This document shows positions 41,456 to 50,943 of a stretch of DNA of 64,000 nucleotides, piece by piece. The translations under genes were made by a program, and so were the position numbers. This DNA is from Gammaproteobacteria bacterium (GTDB lineage Bacteria > Pseudomonadota > Gammaproteobacteria > JAKEHO01). The stretch covers positions 8,034 through 72,033 of the forward strand of contig JAPUIX010000153.1 in assembly GCA_027296625.1 (NCBI GenBank), read 5' to 3'. Within the stretch, counting starts at the first letter, position 1. The number at the start of each line of letters is the position of its first letter. Under the pieces are notes generated by a model that worked only from the letters and a program-made list of their open reading frames with translations, did not search any database and was not told where the DNA came from.

Positions 41456-42118
41456 ATGAACACACACCGAGCATTGAATTCTCACATGAGCTGGCATAAA
41501 CAGGCGCTGCGGTTGCCTTGCGTACTCGCAGCGCTATGCGCATTGGCGTTGTTATATGGTTGCTCATCCGACAGAACTTCCCTACCAAAACTCCATTACG
41601 ATGCTACGATTCTGGCGTTTGGCGACAGCATTACGGTTGGAATCGGCGCGAACAATGACCAAAGTTATCCGGCCGTGCTGGCACAGTTGACCGGGCGCAA
41701 TGTGATTAACGCTGGCGTATCGGGCGAATTATCGGTGAAAGGATTGAAGCGATTACCCCAGCTTTTGAACAGATACCAGCCGGACCTACTGATCCTCTGC
41801 CATGCAGGAAACGATATGCTCCGGAAGAAAGATCCGGCGGAGACCGAAGAGAATCTTCGCAAAATGATTCATCTGGCCCAGAACCGCAGGATCCCCGTTG
41901 TGCTCCTGGGTGTGCCGAAACCTGGTCTATTCCTAAGATCTGCCAGCTTTTACGAAGAGTTGGCAGACGAGTTCGACCTGCCCTATGACGGAGATATTTT
42001 GCCCGATGTATTAGCTGATCCTTCTTTGAAATCTGATCCGATCCACCCAAACGCCAAAGGCTATCGGCAAATTGCAGAGCGGATATACGAATTGCTAAGG
42101 GATTCCGGCGCCGTATAA
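41456..42118 (+). CDS. exported SGNH/GDSL esterase (TesA-like arylesterase/thioesterase I)
   Basis: 220 aa. Signal/lipoprotein-like N-terminus (ALLYGCSS). Block I ILAFGDSITVG. Catalytic DPIHPN near the C-terminus. Confidence 0.75.
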   Translation: MNTHRALNSHMSWHKQALRLPCVLAALCALALLYGCSSDRTSLPKLHYDATILAFGDSITVGIGANNDQSYPAVLAQLTGRNVINAGVSGELSVKGLKRLPQLLNRYQPDLLILCHAGNDMLRKKDPAETEENLRKMIHLAQNRRIPVVLLGVPKPGLFLRSASFYEELADEFDLPYDGDILPDVLADPSLKSDPIHPNAKGYRQIAERIYELLRDSGAV

Positions 42119-42169
42119 CAAACAGTATGTTGAGATTAACGTCAATAGTAGTGACATGCGCGCTTGCCC

Positions 42170-43498
42170 TCAAAGATTAGCAATAATGAGAGGAACATAC
42201 ATCTCTTCATCGCTAACGCCGCCATGAGCGCCGACATGCCGATAGGCGTGCTCGCCCGGTAACCGATCCTTGATTACGTAGCGCTGCTTTGTGATAAGGA
42301 CATAATCTCCGATACGTTCAAAGAGTTCGGGATGTGGATCACCGTGACCGAAATAACCCGCAGAAACAAGCTCCTCGCTCCGAAAAAGCGATACATACTC
42401 TGACATTTCCGTCGCGACATATATCTCAAACTGATCACGTTTTTTCGGATGTACATAACAATATGCCACCCTGGGCTCACCGCAGAGCGGCTTCATCAGA
42501 GTTTCCGCCAGTTCAGGATGATCGGCTAATTGGATAATTTCTTCTGGTTTTGAATCAACAAAGCCATGATCGGCGGTGACAATGACGGTCGTCCGATTAT
42601 CCTGAATCCTAGACAAAAACGCGGCAAACGCTGCATCAAGCTCAGTAAAATGGTCAGATACCTGCGGGCTATCGACACCAAACATATGTGCCAAGGCGTC
42701 CAGCTCCGACCAATACGCATAGATATATTTTCGTCCCGTTTGTTCACACAGAATGTTATAGATGCACTGGAAGCAGTCTGATAGCGAAACGAAGGCGCGC
42801 CGCGCCGCCGGCCCACTATGGGCGAGGGTATATTCGGAATCGATAATTCGATCAGGCAATACGAGATACGAAGCTGCGTTAAGCTGTTCAAAAACAGATG
42901 GCTGATCAAACACAGCATCTGGCTCAAGCCCTAGTTCCCGCAATGAGACCCAAGTTGCCCGTGCCCTGAAAGGTAGCACGGCCGCAACACTATCAATCGC
43001 CTTAAAATAGGTGAACCAGCCGGTGAGCGCGTGCTGCTGAGGTGCACAGCCTGTGAAAAACGTCGTAATAGCACTCGCTGTGGTGGTTGGAAAGACAGAA
43101 GTGATCCGGCAACAAAGGTATTGTCCTAATGTACTATCCTGACCTTTCCTCGTTAGATACTCGTACCCCAGACCATCAATCACGAACAGGACAACATTCC
43201 TATCGTCTCCTAAATTAGCCTTTTCCGCCTCGGGCAATGGTGGATACAAAACTGACTCTCCTCCAAGTGCGGTGACGATAGAGCTCATTAGATTTACAAT
43301 GCTCCCTTGCTGATAATCAGGTAATGGCATGATCCGGCTTTCGGTTTCCCCTACCCTGTACTGAAATCTGAAATACAGAAGCTCCTCTCCTACTATCGTA
43401 AGCCTAAGCGCATGCTCTGCCCAGCCCCTTAGATACCCGATGGAAAATACGGTCTGAAGAAACTGTTCCATCGCGTGCCAACGATGCTTCCCCTTCAC
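42170..43498 (-). CDS. alkaline phosphatase superfamily phosphodiesterase / nucleotide pyrophosphatase-like protein
   Basis: 442 aa. Metal-binding VVLFVIDGLGYEYL and TADHG motifs of the type I phosphodiesterase/NPP family. Confidence 0.6.
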   Translation of the reverse strand: MKGKHRWHAMEQFLQTVFSIGYLRGWAEHALRLTIVGEELLYFRFQYRVGETESRIMPLPDYQQGSIVNLMSSIVTALGGESVLYPPLPEAEKANLGDDRNVVLFVIDGLGYEYLTRKGQDSTLGQYLCCRITSVFPTTTASAITTFFTGCAPQQHALTGWFTYFKAIDSVAAVLPFRARATWVSLRELGLEPDAVFDQPSVFEQLNAASYLVLPDRIIDSEYTLAHSGPAARRAFVSLSDCFQCIYNILCEQTGRKYIYAYWSELDALAHMFGVDSPQVSDHFTELDAAFAAFLSRIQDNRTTVIVTADHGFVDSKPEEIIQLADHPELAETLMKPLCGEPRVAYCYVHPKKRDQFEIYVATEMSEYVSLFRSEELVSAGYFGHGDPHPELFERIGDYVLITKQRYVIKDRLPGEHAYRHVGAHGGVSDEEMYVPLIIANL

Positions 43499-43707
43499 TT
43501 TTTATCCTAGCTGTATTTGGCGCCGTTACGCGCCAATCGGCTTGGATTGCCGTTCCACCTGTGGGAAGATGACGTTGTTCCCGTGCGTCGCTTTAGTGAA
43601 TGCCGACGTCACCTGTAAATTGCGTCCGCCGCGATCAGTAATCGACTTCCTAACTACACGATCGCTCTAGCACACGCCATACTAGGATTCATCACCGCAT
43701 TAGAGTT

Positions 43708-44391
43708 ATGACCATGAAGATCAACATATTGCTTGTCATTAATCTATTGATATTGTGCCTTAGTCCGCTGACTGGAAGTGCAGCTGAATTGACCACTGAG
43801 AAGCAGAAGTTTAGCTATACCGTCGGAAGGCAGATCGGTCAAAGTCTATTACGGCAGGGCGTCAACGTCGCCCCGGCAGCATTCGCAGAAGGCATTGAAG
43901 ATATATTAAGCGGCACGGCATCAAAGCTTTCCGAGGAAGAGATGGAGGCTGTTACCAAGTCCTATCAGGACAAGCAAAAAGAGGAGCGGCAAGCACTTAC
44001 ACAGCAGAATAACGAGGCAGGACAGGAATTCCTAGAAGCAAATAAAGGCAAAGACGGCGTCGTCGTGCTACCAAGCGGTCTACAGTATAAAGTATTAGAG
44101 AAAGGAAACGGAAAGCAGCCGACCGCGGATGATACGGTTGTTGTTCACTATCGCGGTACGACGATCAACGGTAATGAGTTTGATAGCTCATATAAACGTG
44201 GCGAGCCGACCACTCTGCAGATCGCCAATGTCATCAAAGGTTGGCAAGAGGCACTGCCTCTGATGAGCGAAGGTTCCAAGTGGCAGCTGTACATTCCGAC
44301 AGAACTCGCCTATGGCGAGCGCGGCGCGGGCGCTGCGATTGGGCCCAATGAAATACTCATCTTCGACATCGAGTTAATCTCCGTCCAATAA
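43708..44391 (+). CDS. fkpA: FKBP-type peptidyl-prolyl cis-trans isomerase (FkpA-like, periplasmic)
   Basis: 227 aa. Signal peptide. N-terminal dimerisation helix. C-terminal FKBP domain (VVVHYRGTTINGNEFDSSYKRGEP...IKGWQEAL...PTELAYGERG). Confidence 0.8.
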   Translation: MTMKINILLVINLLILCLSPLTGSAAELTTEKQKFSYTVGRQIGQSLLRQGVNVAPAAFAEGIEDILSGTASKLSEEEMEAVTKSYQDKQKEERQALTQQNNEAGQEFLEANKGKDGVVVLPSGLQYKVLEKGNGKQPTADDTVVVHYRGTTINGNEFDSSYKRGEPTTLQIANVIKGWQEALPLMSEGSKWQLYIPTELAYGERGAGAAIGPNEILIFDIELISVQ

Positions 44392-44472
44392 AGGTCTCAC
44401 CATCATACTATCGTCTGAGGTCACGGCAACGCGAGGCCTCGTCTACTAAGAGGCATTCTTCACACAAGCGTA

Positions 44473-45582
44473 ATGCGAACCATCATCCCCATCGCATTTT
44501 TTCTGTGCGCCGTATGGATCAACGCCTCCGCATCGATAGAAGCGGATGATCCGGCAGCGTCATCACAGCCACCAACAAATTCAGAAGCCAACGATTCACG
44601 CATTCGGCTCGCTTTTGCAGGAGATGTCATGCTAGGAAGGCTCGTAAACACCGTGATTCAAGAAAGGGGGCCGGCTTACATTTGGGGGGATACAATACCC
44701 CTACTCAACGGGACGGATATCACATTAGTCAATTTAGAATGCGTTATTGCAAAAGATGGCAAACCATTCTATCCAAAACGTGTTTTCTACTTTCGGGCGT
44801 CACCAACCGCTGTAAAAGCGTTAACGGTCGCCGGCATTGACTACGTGACCCTGGCAAATAACCATGCAATGGATTTTCAAGGACCTGCCTTACTTGAAAC
44901 GATTAGATACCTGGATGAGTATGGCATCGCGCACGCCGGCGCTGGCCAAAACATCGACGCTGCAACCCAACCGGCTATCATCGAAGTTAAGGGCCAGAAA
45001 CTCGGCGTCATTGCCTATGCTGATCATTTTCGCGAATATAGGGCCGGCCCCAACTCGCCCGGGACTAACATCATCCGCGTTAACGTAGAAAAAGAAAATA
45101 TTCGTCTGATTGAGGAAGGGATTCAATCTGTTAAGGATCTGGGCGCAGATTTGATTATCCTGTCTATACACTGGGGTCCAAATATGCGCCAGATACCGAG
45201 TCAGGAATTTATTGAATTCGCCCACCGAGCCATCGATGCCGGTGTCGATATATTCCATGGCCATAGTGCCCACATCTTCCAAGGTATCGAGCTGTACAAG
45301 GGAAAGCTTATCCTCTATGACACCGGAGATCTTATCGATGACTACTACGTGGATCCGTTGTTGAGGAATGACGAGCAGATCTTGTTTATTGTCACCATCA
45401 CATCACGACGCATCGAGCGTATTGAATTAGTGCCCCTCAAAATTCATCATATGCAGGTCAATCGGGCAATAGATGACGATTTCAAGGCTATCCAACATCG
45501 CATTATCCGGCTATCCCGCCGCTTTGGGACAACAATACGCCACGAAGGCGATCGACTTGTCATTGATATACCCCGGCACTGA
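44473..45582 (+). CDS. CapA family protein (poly-gamma-glutamate capsule synthesis-like metallophosphatase)
   Basis: 369 aa. Signal peptide. Motif LAFAGDVMLGR and the VTLANNHAMD and HWGPN blocks of the PGA_cap family. Confidence 0.7.
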   Translation: MRTIIPIAFFLCAVWINASASIEADDPAASSQPPTNSEANDSRIRLAFAGDVMLGRLVNTVIQERGPAYIWGDTIPLLNGTDITLVNLECVIAKDGKPFYPKRVFYFRASPTAVKALTVAGIDYVTLANNHAMDFQGPALLETIRYLDEYGIAHAGAGQNIDAATQPAIIEVKGQKLGVIAYADHFREYRAGPNSPGTNIIRVNVEKENIRLIEEGIQSVKDLGADLIILSIHWGPNMRQIPSQEFIEFAHRAIDAGVDIFHGHSAHIFQGIELYKGKLILYDTGDLIDDYYVDPLLRNDEQILFIVTITSRRIERIELVPLKIHHMQVNRAIDDDFKAIQHRIIRLSRRFGTTIRHEGDRLVIDIPRH

Positions 45583-45643
45583 ATTGCCATCAATTGAATG
45601 CGTCAATACCGCTACACGGCCACCCTGAGTGGAGTAATGACAC

Positions 45644-45919
45644 ATGATCAATGTCCAACAGACGGGAAATGCTGAACTCATGGAATTCAGTGTGACCATT
45701 GAGGAAACCAATGGCCATACGCAGCATCAAGTCACCATGCGCCAGTCAACCTACAAGGAACTCACCGGCACAAAGGTAAGCCCCTCGGAATGTGTTGAGG
45801 CAGCGTTTAAATTCCTACTAGATCGTGAGCCGAAAGAATCCATTCTTTCCCACTTCGATATCACCGTAATCTCGACGTACTTTCCAAACTTCGAGCGAGA
45901 CCTCCTCAACTACCTTTGA
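45644..45919 (+). CDS. hypothetical protein
   Basis: 91-aa ORF in an otherwise empty gap. No recognisable motifs. Confidence 0.3.
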   Translation: MINVQQTGNAELMEFSVTIEETNGHTQHQVTMRQSTYKELTGTKVSPSECVEAAFKFLLDREPKESILSHFDITVISTYFPNFERDLLNYL

Positions 45920-46017
45920 CCGCTCTTCGACGGACCGAACCAGTGCGCCTTAGTAGAATTTGACGAGCGTAATCGCCATTTTCTGATAAACTTAAACAAA
46001 CTAACTCAGATGGGGGG

Positions 46018-46422
46018 TTGAAGGCCATGCGTTCGAATGTCTCATTTTTGGCTGTAGTTTTAACCGCGGCCCTAGTGATTCCGACTGCTTTACAAGCTGG
46101 AGAGCTTGAAGTCCACGATGCTGTTATCGCTACCTCGGTCGATGACCGCGTACCCCAGGGAGTCGATACGACATTCCCTGCGTTTGCGGATAAACTGTAT
46201 GCGTTTACCCGCGTCGTTGGCGCCACGGAAGATACGTTTATCACACATACGTGGTATTACGGAAACTTTTTAGTCGGGGAAGTATCTCTTCCTGTCCGTA
46301 ATTCGAATTGGCGGACGTGGAGTGCTAAGAATATTTCACCTGAGTGGACCGGCCAGTGGCGTGTCGAGGTCGTGACGGAAGATGGGATAGTCATTGATCG
46401 CCTATATTTCACCGTGGAATAA
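46018..46422 (+). CDS. DUF2914 domain exported protein
   Basis: 134 aa. Signal peptide. Pattern DRVPQGVDTTFPA...LYAFTRVVGATEDTFITHTWYYGNFLV...RTWSAKNISPEWTGQWRVEV is typical of DUF2914. Confidence 0.55.
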   Translation: MKAMRSNVSFLAVVLTAALVIPTALQAGELEVHDAVIATSVDDRVPQGVDTTFPAFADKLYAFTRVVGATEDTFITHTWYYGNFLVGEVSLPVRNSNWRTWSAKNISPEWTGQWRVEVVTEDGIVIDRLYFTVE

Positions 46423-46567
46423 AATCATACGAGTCACAAGCAGCCAACGTATCCGGCCACGTGCAGTTGCTTAAATCGGGCGGGTCGGCTACTACACTAC
46501 AATTTAGGGAATATATCCGTAGAACCGGGTCCACAAACCCTTATCAAGTGCACGTCGAATACGATCC

Positions 46568-47158
46568 ATGAGGATCCAAGTTATCTATGCGCATCCCGTT
46601 GAAGACAGCTTTAACAACGCCATCCATCAGCGCATTTTAGAGACCCTCAGGCGCAAAGATCACGAGGTCATCGACACCGACCTCTACCGAGAAAACTTTC
46701 AACCTACGCTGAGCCATGACGAGCGAGTAAAATACTTTCTATCTGGCCAAAACACAGAAACGGTCCAGGCATATATCGATAATCTTCGCTGGGCCGAGGC
46801 ATTGGTATTTTGTTTCCCTACCTGGTGGCATGGCATGCCAGCGATCCTGAAGGGCTACCTGGAGCGCGTCTGGCTGCCCGGGGTGGCTTTTCATTTAAAT
46901 GGAAACGGCGGGCCACTGCAGCCGGGACTGCAACACATCCGGAAACTCGCGTTTGTCACAACCTATGGCGCGCCTTGGTGGTTTGTGCAACTGTATATGC
47001 GCCACCCTGTTAAAACGATCCTGCTCCGCGGCCTCAAGCCTTTGCTCAGTAAGGGCGCCCGTCATCTCTACTTGGCACTCTATAATATGGACCGCACAAC
47101 TGTGGATAGTCGCAATAGGTTCCTTCAAAAGGTCGAAAATGCGTTTGAGAAATTTTAG
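46568..47158 (+). CDS. flavodoxin-like NAD(P)H-dependent oxidoreductase (MdaB/KefF-like)
   Basis: 196 aa starting MRIQVIYAHPVEDSFN, Flavodoxin_2-like. Confidence 0.7.
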   Translation: MRIQVIYAHPVEDSFNNAIHQRILETLRRKDHEVIDTDLYRENFQPTLSHDERVKYFLSGQNTETVQAYIDNLRWAEALVFCFPTWWHGMPAILKGYLERVWLPGVAFHLNGNGGPLQPGLQHIRKLAFVTTYGAPWWFVQLYMRHPVKTILLRGLKPLLSKGARHLYLALYNMDRTTVDSRNRFLQKVENAFEKF

Positions 47159-47341
47159 TTAATTTCGTCGAGCGCGACCCTTTACACTGTGACCAGCTTC
47201 TTGCTTGCTCGACAAGAAAATTAATCTACATCAAGGCGCTAAACCAAATCGCTCCACAAGCAGCTAGACACTGGATTTTGTTTTAATCAAATATCAATAC
47301 GGCATAGGCAACGAAAAGTAAACAGTGCACCGCACCGTGCA

Positions 47342-47806
47342 TCATTTCCGCGACTGTGAACACCAATTCTTATAGGCCGACGGCTCCACGTTTCCCTTTG
47401 AGACAGACGCTCGGCAGATGAGCCTACCATAGAGCCCACCAATACGTACCATGCGCGTTTGACACCGGGCAGTTTGGCTTCCGTTCGGCACAGTAGCAGT
47501 ACAATGGGCATGGATTTTATTCCCGCAACCGATCTCTAACCTGACCGCATATCCTGGAGCCCCGTCTGAAATCTCAACGTAGCCGCGCCAATTAGGCAAG
47601 TCAGGAATGTCCTTGCATTTAGGACCCAGGCTCATTGTGCCTTCCACGCGGTAAAGTCCCTCGGGCCCCTGGATCAATCGCTCATCAGTTGACCTGGGTT
47701 GTGCCGCATGGCCCCCAACACTGAATAACACAACTACATAAAAAATAAGAAAGTAAGAAAGATCAATCTTGCCACAAACATGCGTGCCCTTTAGCCCCAA
47801 CTGCAT
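47342..47806 (-). CDS. Cys-rich exported hypothetical protein
   Basis: 154 aa with hydrophobic signal-like segment and 9 Cys. AT-rich local composition. Start uncertain. Confidence 0.35.
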   Translation of the reverse strand: MQLGLKGTHVCGKIDLSYFLIFYVVVLFSVGGHAAQPRSTDERLIQGPEGLYRVEGTMSLGPKCKDIPDLPNWRGYVEISDGAPGYAVRLEIGCGNKIHAHCTATVPNGSQTARCQTRMVRIGGLYGRLICRASVSKGNVEPSAYKNWCSQSRK

Positions 47807-47898
47807 GATTTCTCGTCCTAGAGAGAAAATAATTACATAGCGATTCTAGATAGACCAATGGGATGCTCCAGCAAGGTATCGCTAACTCCTCCAAAAAC

Positions 47899-48417
47899 CT
47901 ATCGCGCGCCTGCCAATGTATTAATGACGATCGCGATTCTCGCCGTAATAAACATCGTAATAACGACCGACACTGCAAATGCGTACAAACCATAATGCAC
48001 CTCAACATCAGCAATCACCCCGAGTTTCACTGTAACCAAAAGAATTGCCACAACAAACACGTCCAACATGGACCACTTACCGTACTGGGCAATCCAATGG
48101 AGATGTTTTTCATGGCGCTCGCGATCCCCTGTATCGCCGTTCCACACCTTACATAGTAGAAAAAGCTTAAAAAACGGAAAAATAATGCTAAACGCAAATA
48201 TCAAGACAAATAGGAAAACTTGTCCTTCTTGTAAAAGCTGGAGCAGCCCCGATGCCAGCGATACCTTATTTGAAAATAGATAGAACTTTTGAAGTGTCAG
48301 CATTGGCGCAAAAATGCCGATACCCAAGAGTGCCAATGCTACAGCGAGCGATAGATTAATTATCTTGCTCTCAGTTGGGTATAGTGCAGCCAGCGCTTGT
48401 GTATCAGACGTCTCCAT
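47899..48417 (-). CDS. PqiA-family membrane protein
   Basis: 172 aa, 4 TM helices. SMLDVFVVAILLV motif typical of paraquat-inducible protein A family. No adjacent MCE (PqiB) gene. Confidence 0.5.
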   Translation of the reverse strand: METSDTQALAALYPTESKIINLSLAVALALLGIGIFAPMLTLQKFYLFSNKVSLASGLLQLLQEGQVFLFVLIFAFSIIFPFFKLFLLCKVWNGDTGDRERHEKHLHWIAQYGKWSMLDVFVVAILLVTVKLGVIADVEVHYGLYAFAVSVVITMFITARIAIVINTLAGAR

Positions 48418-48556
48418 AGCCCTCAGTTCAACATGTGGGTCGGGTCGGGTCAGTCCGCGTCCTGATTTACAATGTACCGTGCGGGCCCCGGGGGCAACGC
48501 CGTGGCCACCTGAATATCGCCGGGCCCCCTGTAGACGAGCACCTTAGGGCATCCCA

Positions 48557-48916
48557 TCATAGGGCATTCCCACGGCTCTCCCCTCGCCATTTCGGCCCAG
48601 AGTTTACCCGATTATCAACGACGGACATCGGGCCCAACGTCCCGTCCACGGGTCTTTGCCTTCTCTGGTGAGTCACCAACCCACCCCATTTAAGCGGCCA
48701 GCACCAGCTCAATACCTCCCAAGGCAATCCTTTGAGAACATCAAACGGAGGAATCTTCCCCCGTGCCTTACGTCTCTGATGCACCGCCCTCACTATCAGA
48801 CTGCTTAGGATCACCGTCGGATCGAGGTCGCTTCTTTGGTGATTGGCGCCGCAGAAGGCCATAACGCGGCCGTATTTCCAGTTGATATCGTCAAAAATAT
48901 GGCAGATGATGGGCAT
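48557..48916 (-). CDS. hypothetical ORF, possibly a degraded gene
   Basis: 119-aa ORF in a GC-rich 560-bp stretch. N-terminal half looks protein-like, C-terminal half low-complexity. No SD. Competing ORFs overlap on the plus strand. Confidence 0.2.
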   Translation of the reverse strand: MPIICHIFDDINWKYGRVMAFCGANHQRSDLDPTVILSSLIVRAVHQRRKARGKIPPFDVLKGLPWEVLSWCWPLKWGGLVTHQRRQRPVDGTLGPMSVVDNRVNSGPKWRGESRGNAL

Positions 48917-48925
48917 CTGGAAATA

Positions 48926-48940
48926 CCCGGGTTTCCCGGG
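48926..48940. promoter_or_regulatory. CCCGGGTTTCCCGGG palindromic hairpin upstream of 48979 gene
   Basis: Two self-complementary CCCGGG hexamers separated by TTT, about 40 bp upstream of the start codon. Confidence 0.25.
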
Positions 48941-48978
48941 TTGTTCCGTTCATTTGCTTTCATAGGGGGGCTATCACG

Positions 48979-49500
48979 ATGACAAGTCTTGTCGCACTTT
49001 CGATCAGTATTGGTGTCCTCGGAGGAGTCGCGACGTGGTTGGCGTTGGGCCCACTGGGGGGATTTCTTGTGATCTGGGGCATGTTTGTTGGCGCGGCCAC
49101 CTTTTTTGCGCTAGGGGGTGATAATGCCGCACTGCAAAAAGGGATCATCTGTAATGTTCATGGTGTCATCTGGGCGTGGCTTGCAGCAGTGCTCATCCTT
49201 ATCATTCCGCTTGCTGAGCCCCTTTCCCTGCCCGTTTGGGGCGCAATCGTTGTGGGTCTGACCGTGATGGGCATGTGTCTGGCCGCTCATATCGCGATCC
49301 TCTCGGCGATCCCAGCCAGTGTCTTGGGCTATGCCAGCACCTTCGCCTTTTACCTGCAGACGCCCGATGTGATGGTATTTGACGTTTTAACCGGCGGCCA
49401 TTTTGGCAATCCGACGCTGGTTATTGCACTCTCACTGGTTACTGGCGCAATTTATGGCTGGCTTGCCGGCCAGCTGGGCAACGTCTTGACCAAGAAGTGA
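48979..49500 (+). CDS. DUF1097-like inner membrane protein
   Basis: 173 aa, 5-6 TM helices, Gly-rich helices. Family assignment is tentative. Confidence 0.5.
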   Translation: MTSLVALSISIGVLGGVATWLALGPLGGFLVIWGMFVGAATFFALGGDNAALQKGIICNVHGVIWAWLAAVLILIIPLAEPLSLPVWGAIVVGLTVMGMCLAAHIAILSAIPASVLGYASTFAFYLQTPDVMVFDVLTGGHFGNPTLVIALSLVTGAIYGWLAGQLGNVLTKK

Positions 49501-49610
49501 CGCGTTAGTAACCACAAAGGGCATCACATGGTGAATCTATTAGCTGTAACTCACCGGTAAACGGAGCAACACAAGAACTCCCGAACCCCGAGGAGAGTCT
49601 TGCCATTTCA

Positions 49611-49637
49611 GACCCCGCCTTCCGGCGGGGTTTTTCT
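49611..49637 (+). terminator. rho-independent terminator
   Basis: GACCCCGCC-TTCC-GGCGGGG stem-loop followed by TTTTTCTT. Confidence 0.7.
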
Positions 49638-49670
49638 TACCTCTGCAGATGAACTTCACTTGACGGCGAT

Positions 49671-50117
49671 GTGAGAGGCGTTACTATTTGGCCGGCAAAC
49701 ATGCTCCCGGCAACGATGCGCGCTAAAGATTTAGCTGTCACCCGTCGCCAGCTCGCGACATTTGTTGTTATATCCATCCCAATGCTGACCTTCTCGCCAG
49801 CCGGCTATGCTGACGATCCCATGCCTTCTCGCACCTACGACGCCAACTATGAACAAGTCTAGGAAGCCGCAAAACTCGCCTTTTCGAATTTTGGAATGTC
49901 CATGGTTAAGGAAGAGACGGGTTATCTGGAAGCATTCGCTCCGAATCGCGGTGCTATCTCAACGGCGAATGTCGGTATTTTTGTCGCAGCGCTGGGCCCT
50001 AATCAGACGGAAGTACGATTTGATGAGCGCCTCCATCGCTGGATAAACGTGTACCCTAACGGCTGGCGGGGGGCGATTTCTGCAACGGATCGAGTGGAAT
50101 ATTCGACATTAGTTTAG
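49671..50117 (+). pseudogene. exported protein gene interrupted by a single in-frame TAG (or two small ORFs)
   Basis: ORFs 49671-49862 (signal peptide ...LATFVVISIPMLTFSPAGYADDP) and 49896-50117 are in the same frame, separated only by TAG at 49860-49862. Confidence 0.4.
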
Positions 50118-50259
50118 TTTGAAAGAGGCTGACAGCATCCATTGGGTTCATCGTGATGTAGCACAAATTGCACAGGCGCGTACGTTGCGAACATGCGCAG
50201 CGGTTGAACGTCATACGTGCGCTGCCACCTCGATATTGAACTGATCGATCATCAGGACT

Positions 50260-50763
50260 ATGGTCTTCGCCTATTACAAGCGCCTCTCGCCAGCGAAAAA
50301 GAAAATCTACCGCCAAAGTGATGAGGTCGGCGCTATCCGGTTACCTGGCGCAACATCGTTGCAGCCACTGGTTGAAGAGTTAGCTGGAGCCCTGAAGACG
50401 GAAAACAAGCGCCTCATCCGATCGATCTGTCAGAGACTTGCCAATGGGATCACGAATGAGCTCAAGGTGCCCAAAATTGAAGTTGAGGTACTCGCTGTAC
50501 GTCCCCATGACGACTGGGGTGAACTGCACGGACAGTATCTACCAGATGAAGGAGAACGCCCAAAAATTCAACTCTGGATGCGCACTGCTCAACACAAGCG
50601 CATCGTCGCATTCCGAACATTCCTCCGCACTTTACTGCATGAACTCTGCCACCATCTTGATTATGAACTGCTCAGTCTTGCCGATACATATCACACGGAA
50701 GGCTTTTATAAGCGGGAATCCAGCTTGTTTCACCAGCTGATGCAAGAACCCGACAAAAAGTAG
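50260..50763 (+). CDS. HExxH-motif protein, putative zinc metallopeptidase-like
   Basis: 167 aa containing LLHELCHHLDYE (HExxH plus downstream acidic residue). Confidence 0.45.
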   Translation: MVFAYYKRLSPAKKKIYRQSDEVGAIRLPGATSLQPLVEELAGALKTENKRLIRSICQRLANGITNELKVPKIEVEVLAVRPHDDWGELHGQYLPDEGERPKIQLWMRTAQHKRIVAFRTFLRTLLHELCHHLDYELLSLADTYHTEGFYKRESSLFHQLMQEPDKK

Positions 50764-50943
50764 GGTAACGTCACAGTGGATTGGCAGTGTCGATGGGCTG
50801 CTTGTTTACGTCATGTATCAATCTCGCGATGTCTGATAACATATAGTAATTCGATGCGGGCTGCGCCTAAGGTGCTAATATCGGCGCTAGTCCAAGCGTT
50901 CATCATACTCTGATAGGTGTAGATCCCGAGGATTACCTGTCTC

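Noticed and set aside
48418-48978. Possible RNase P RNA or tmRNA in the GC-rich ORF-poor region
   Set aside because: Neither the RNase P signature GGAAAGTCCGGGC / ACAGAACCCGGCTTA nor a tmRNA tag-peptide reading frame or tRNA-like 3' end (GGTTCGAATCC...CCA) could be found on either strand by eye. Left as an unexplained, probably degraded coding region.
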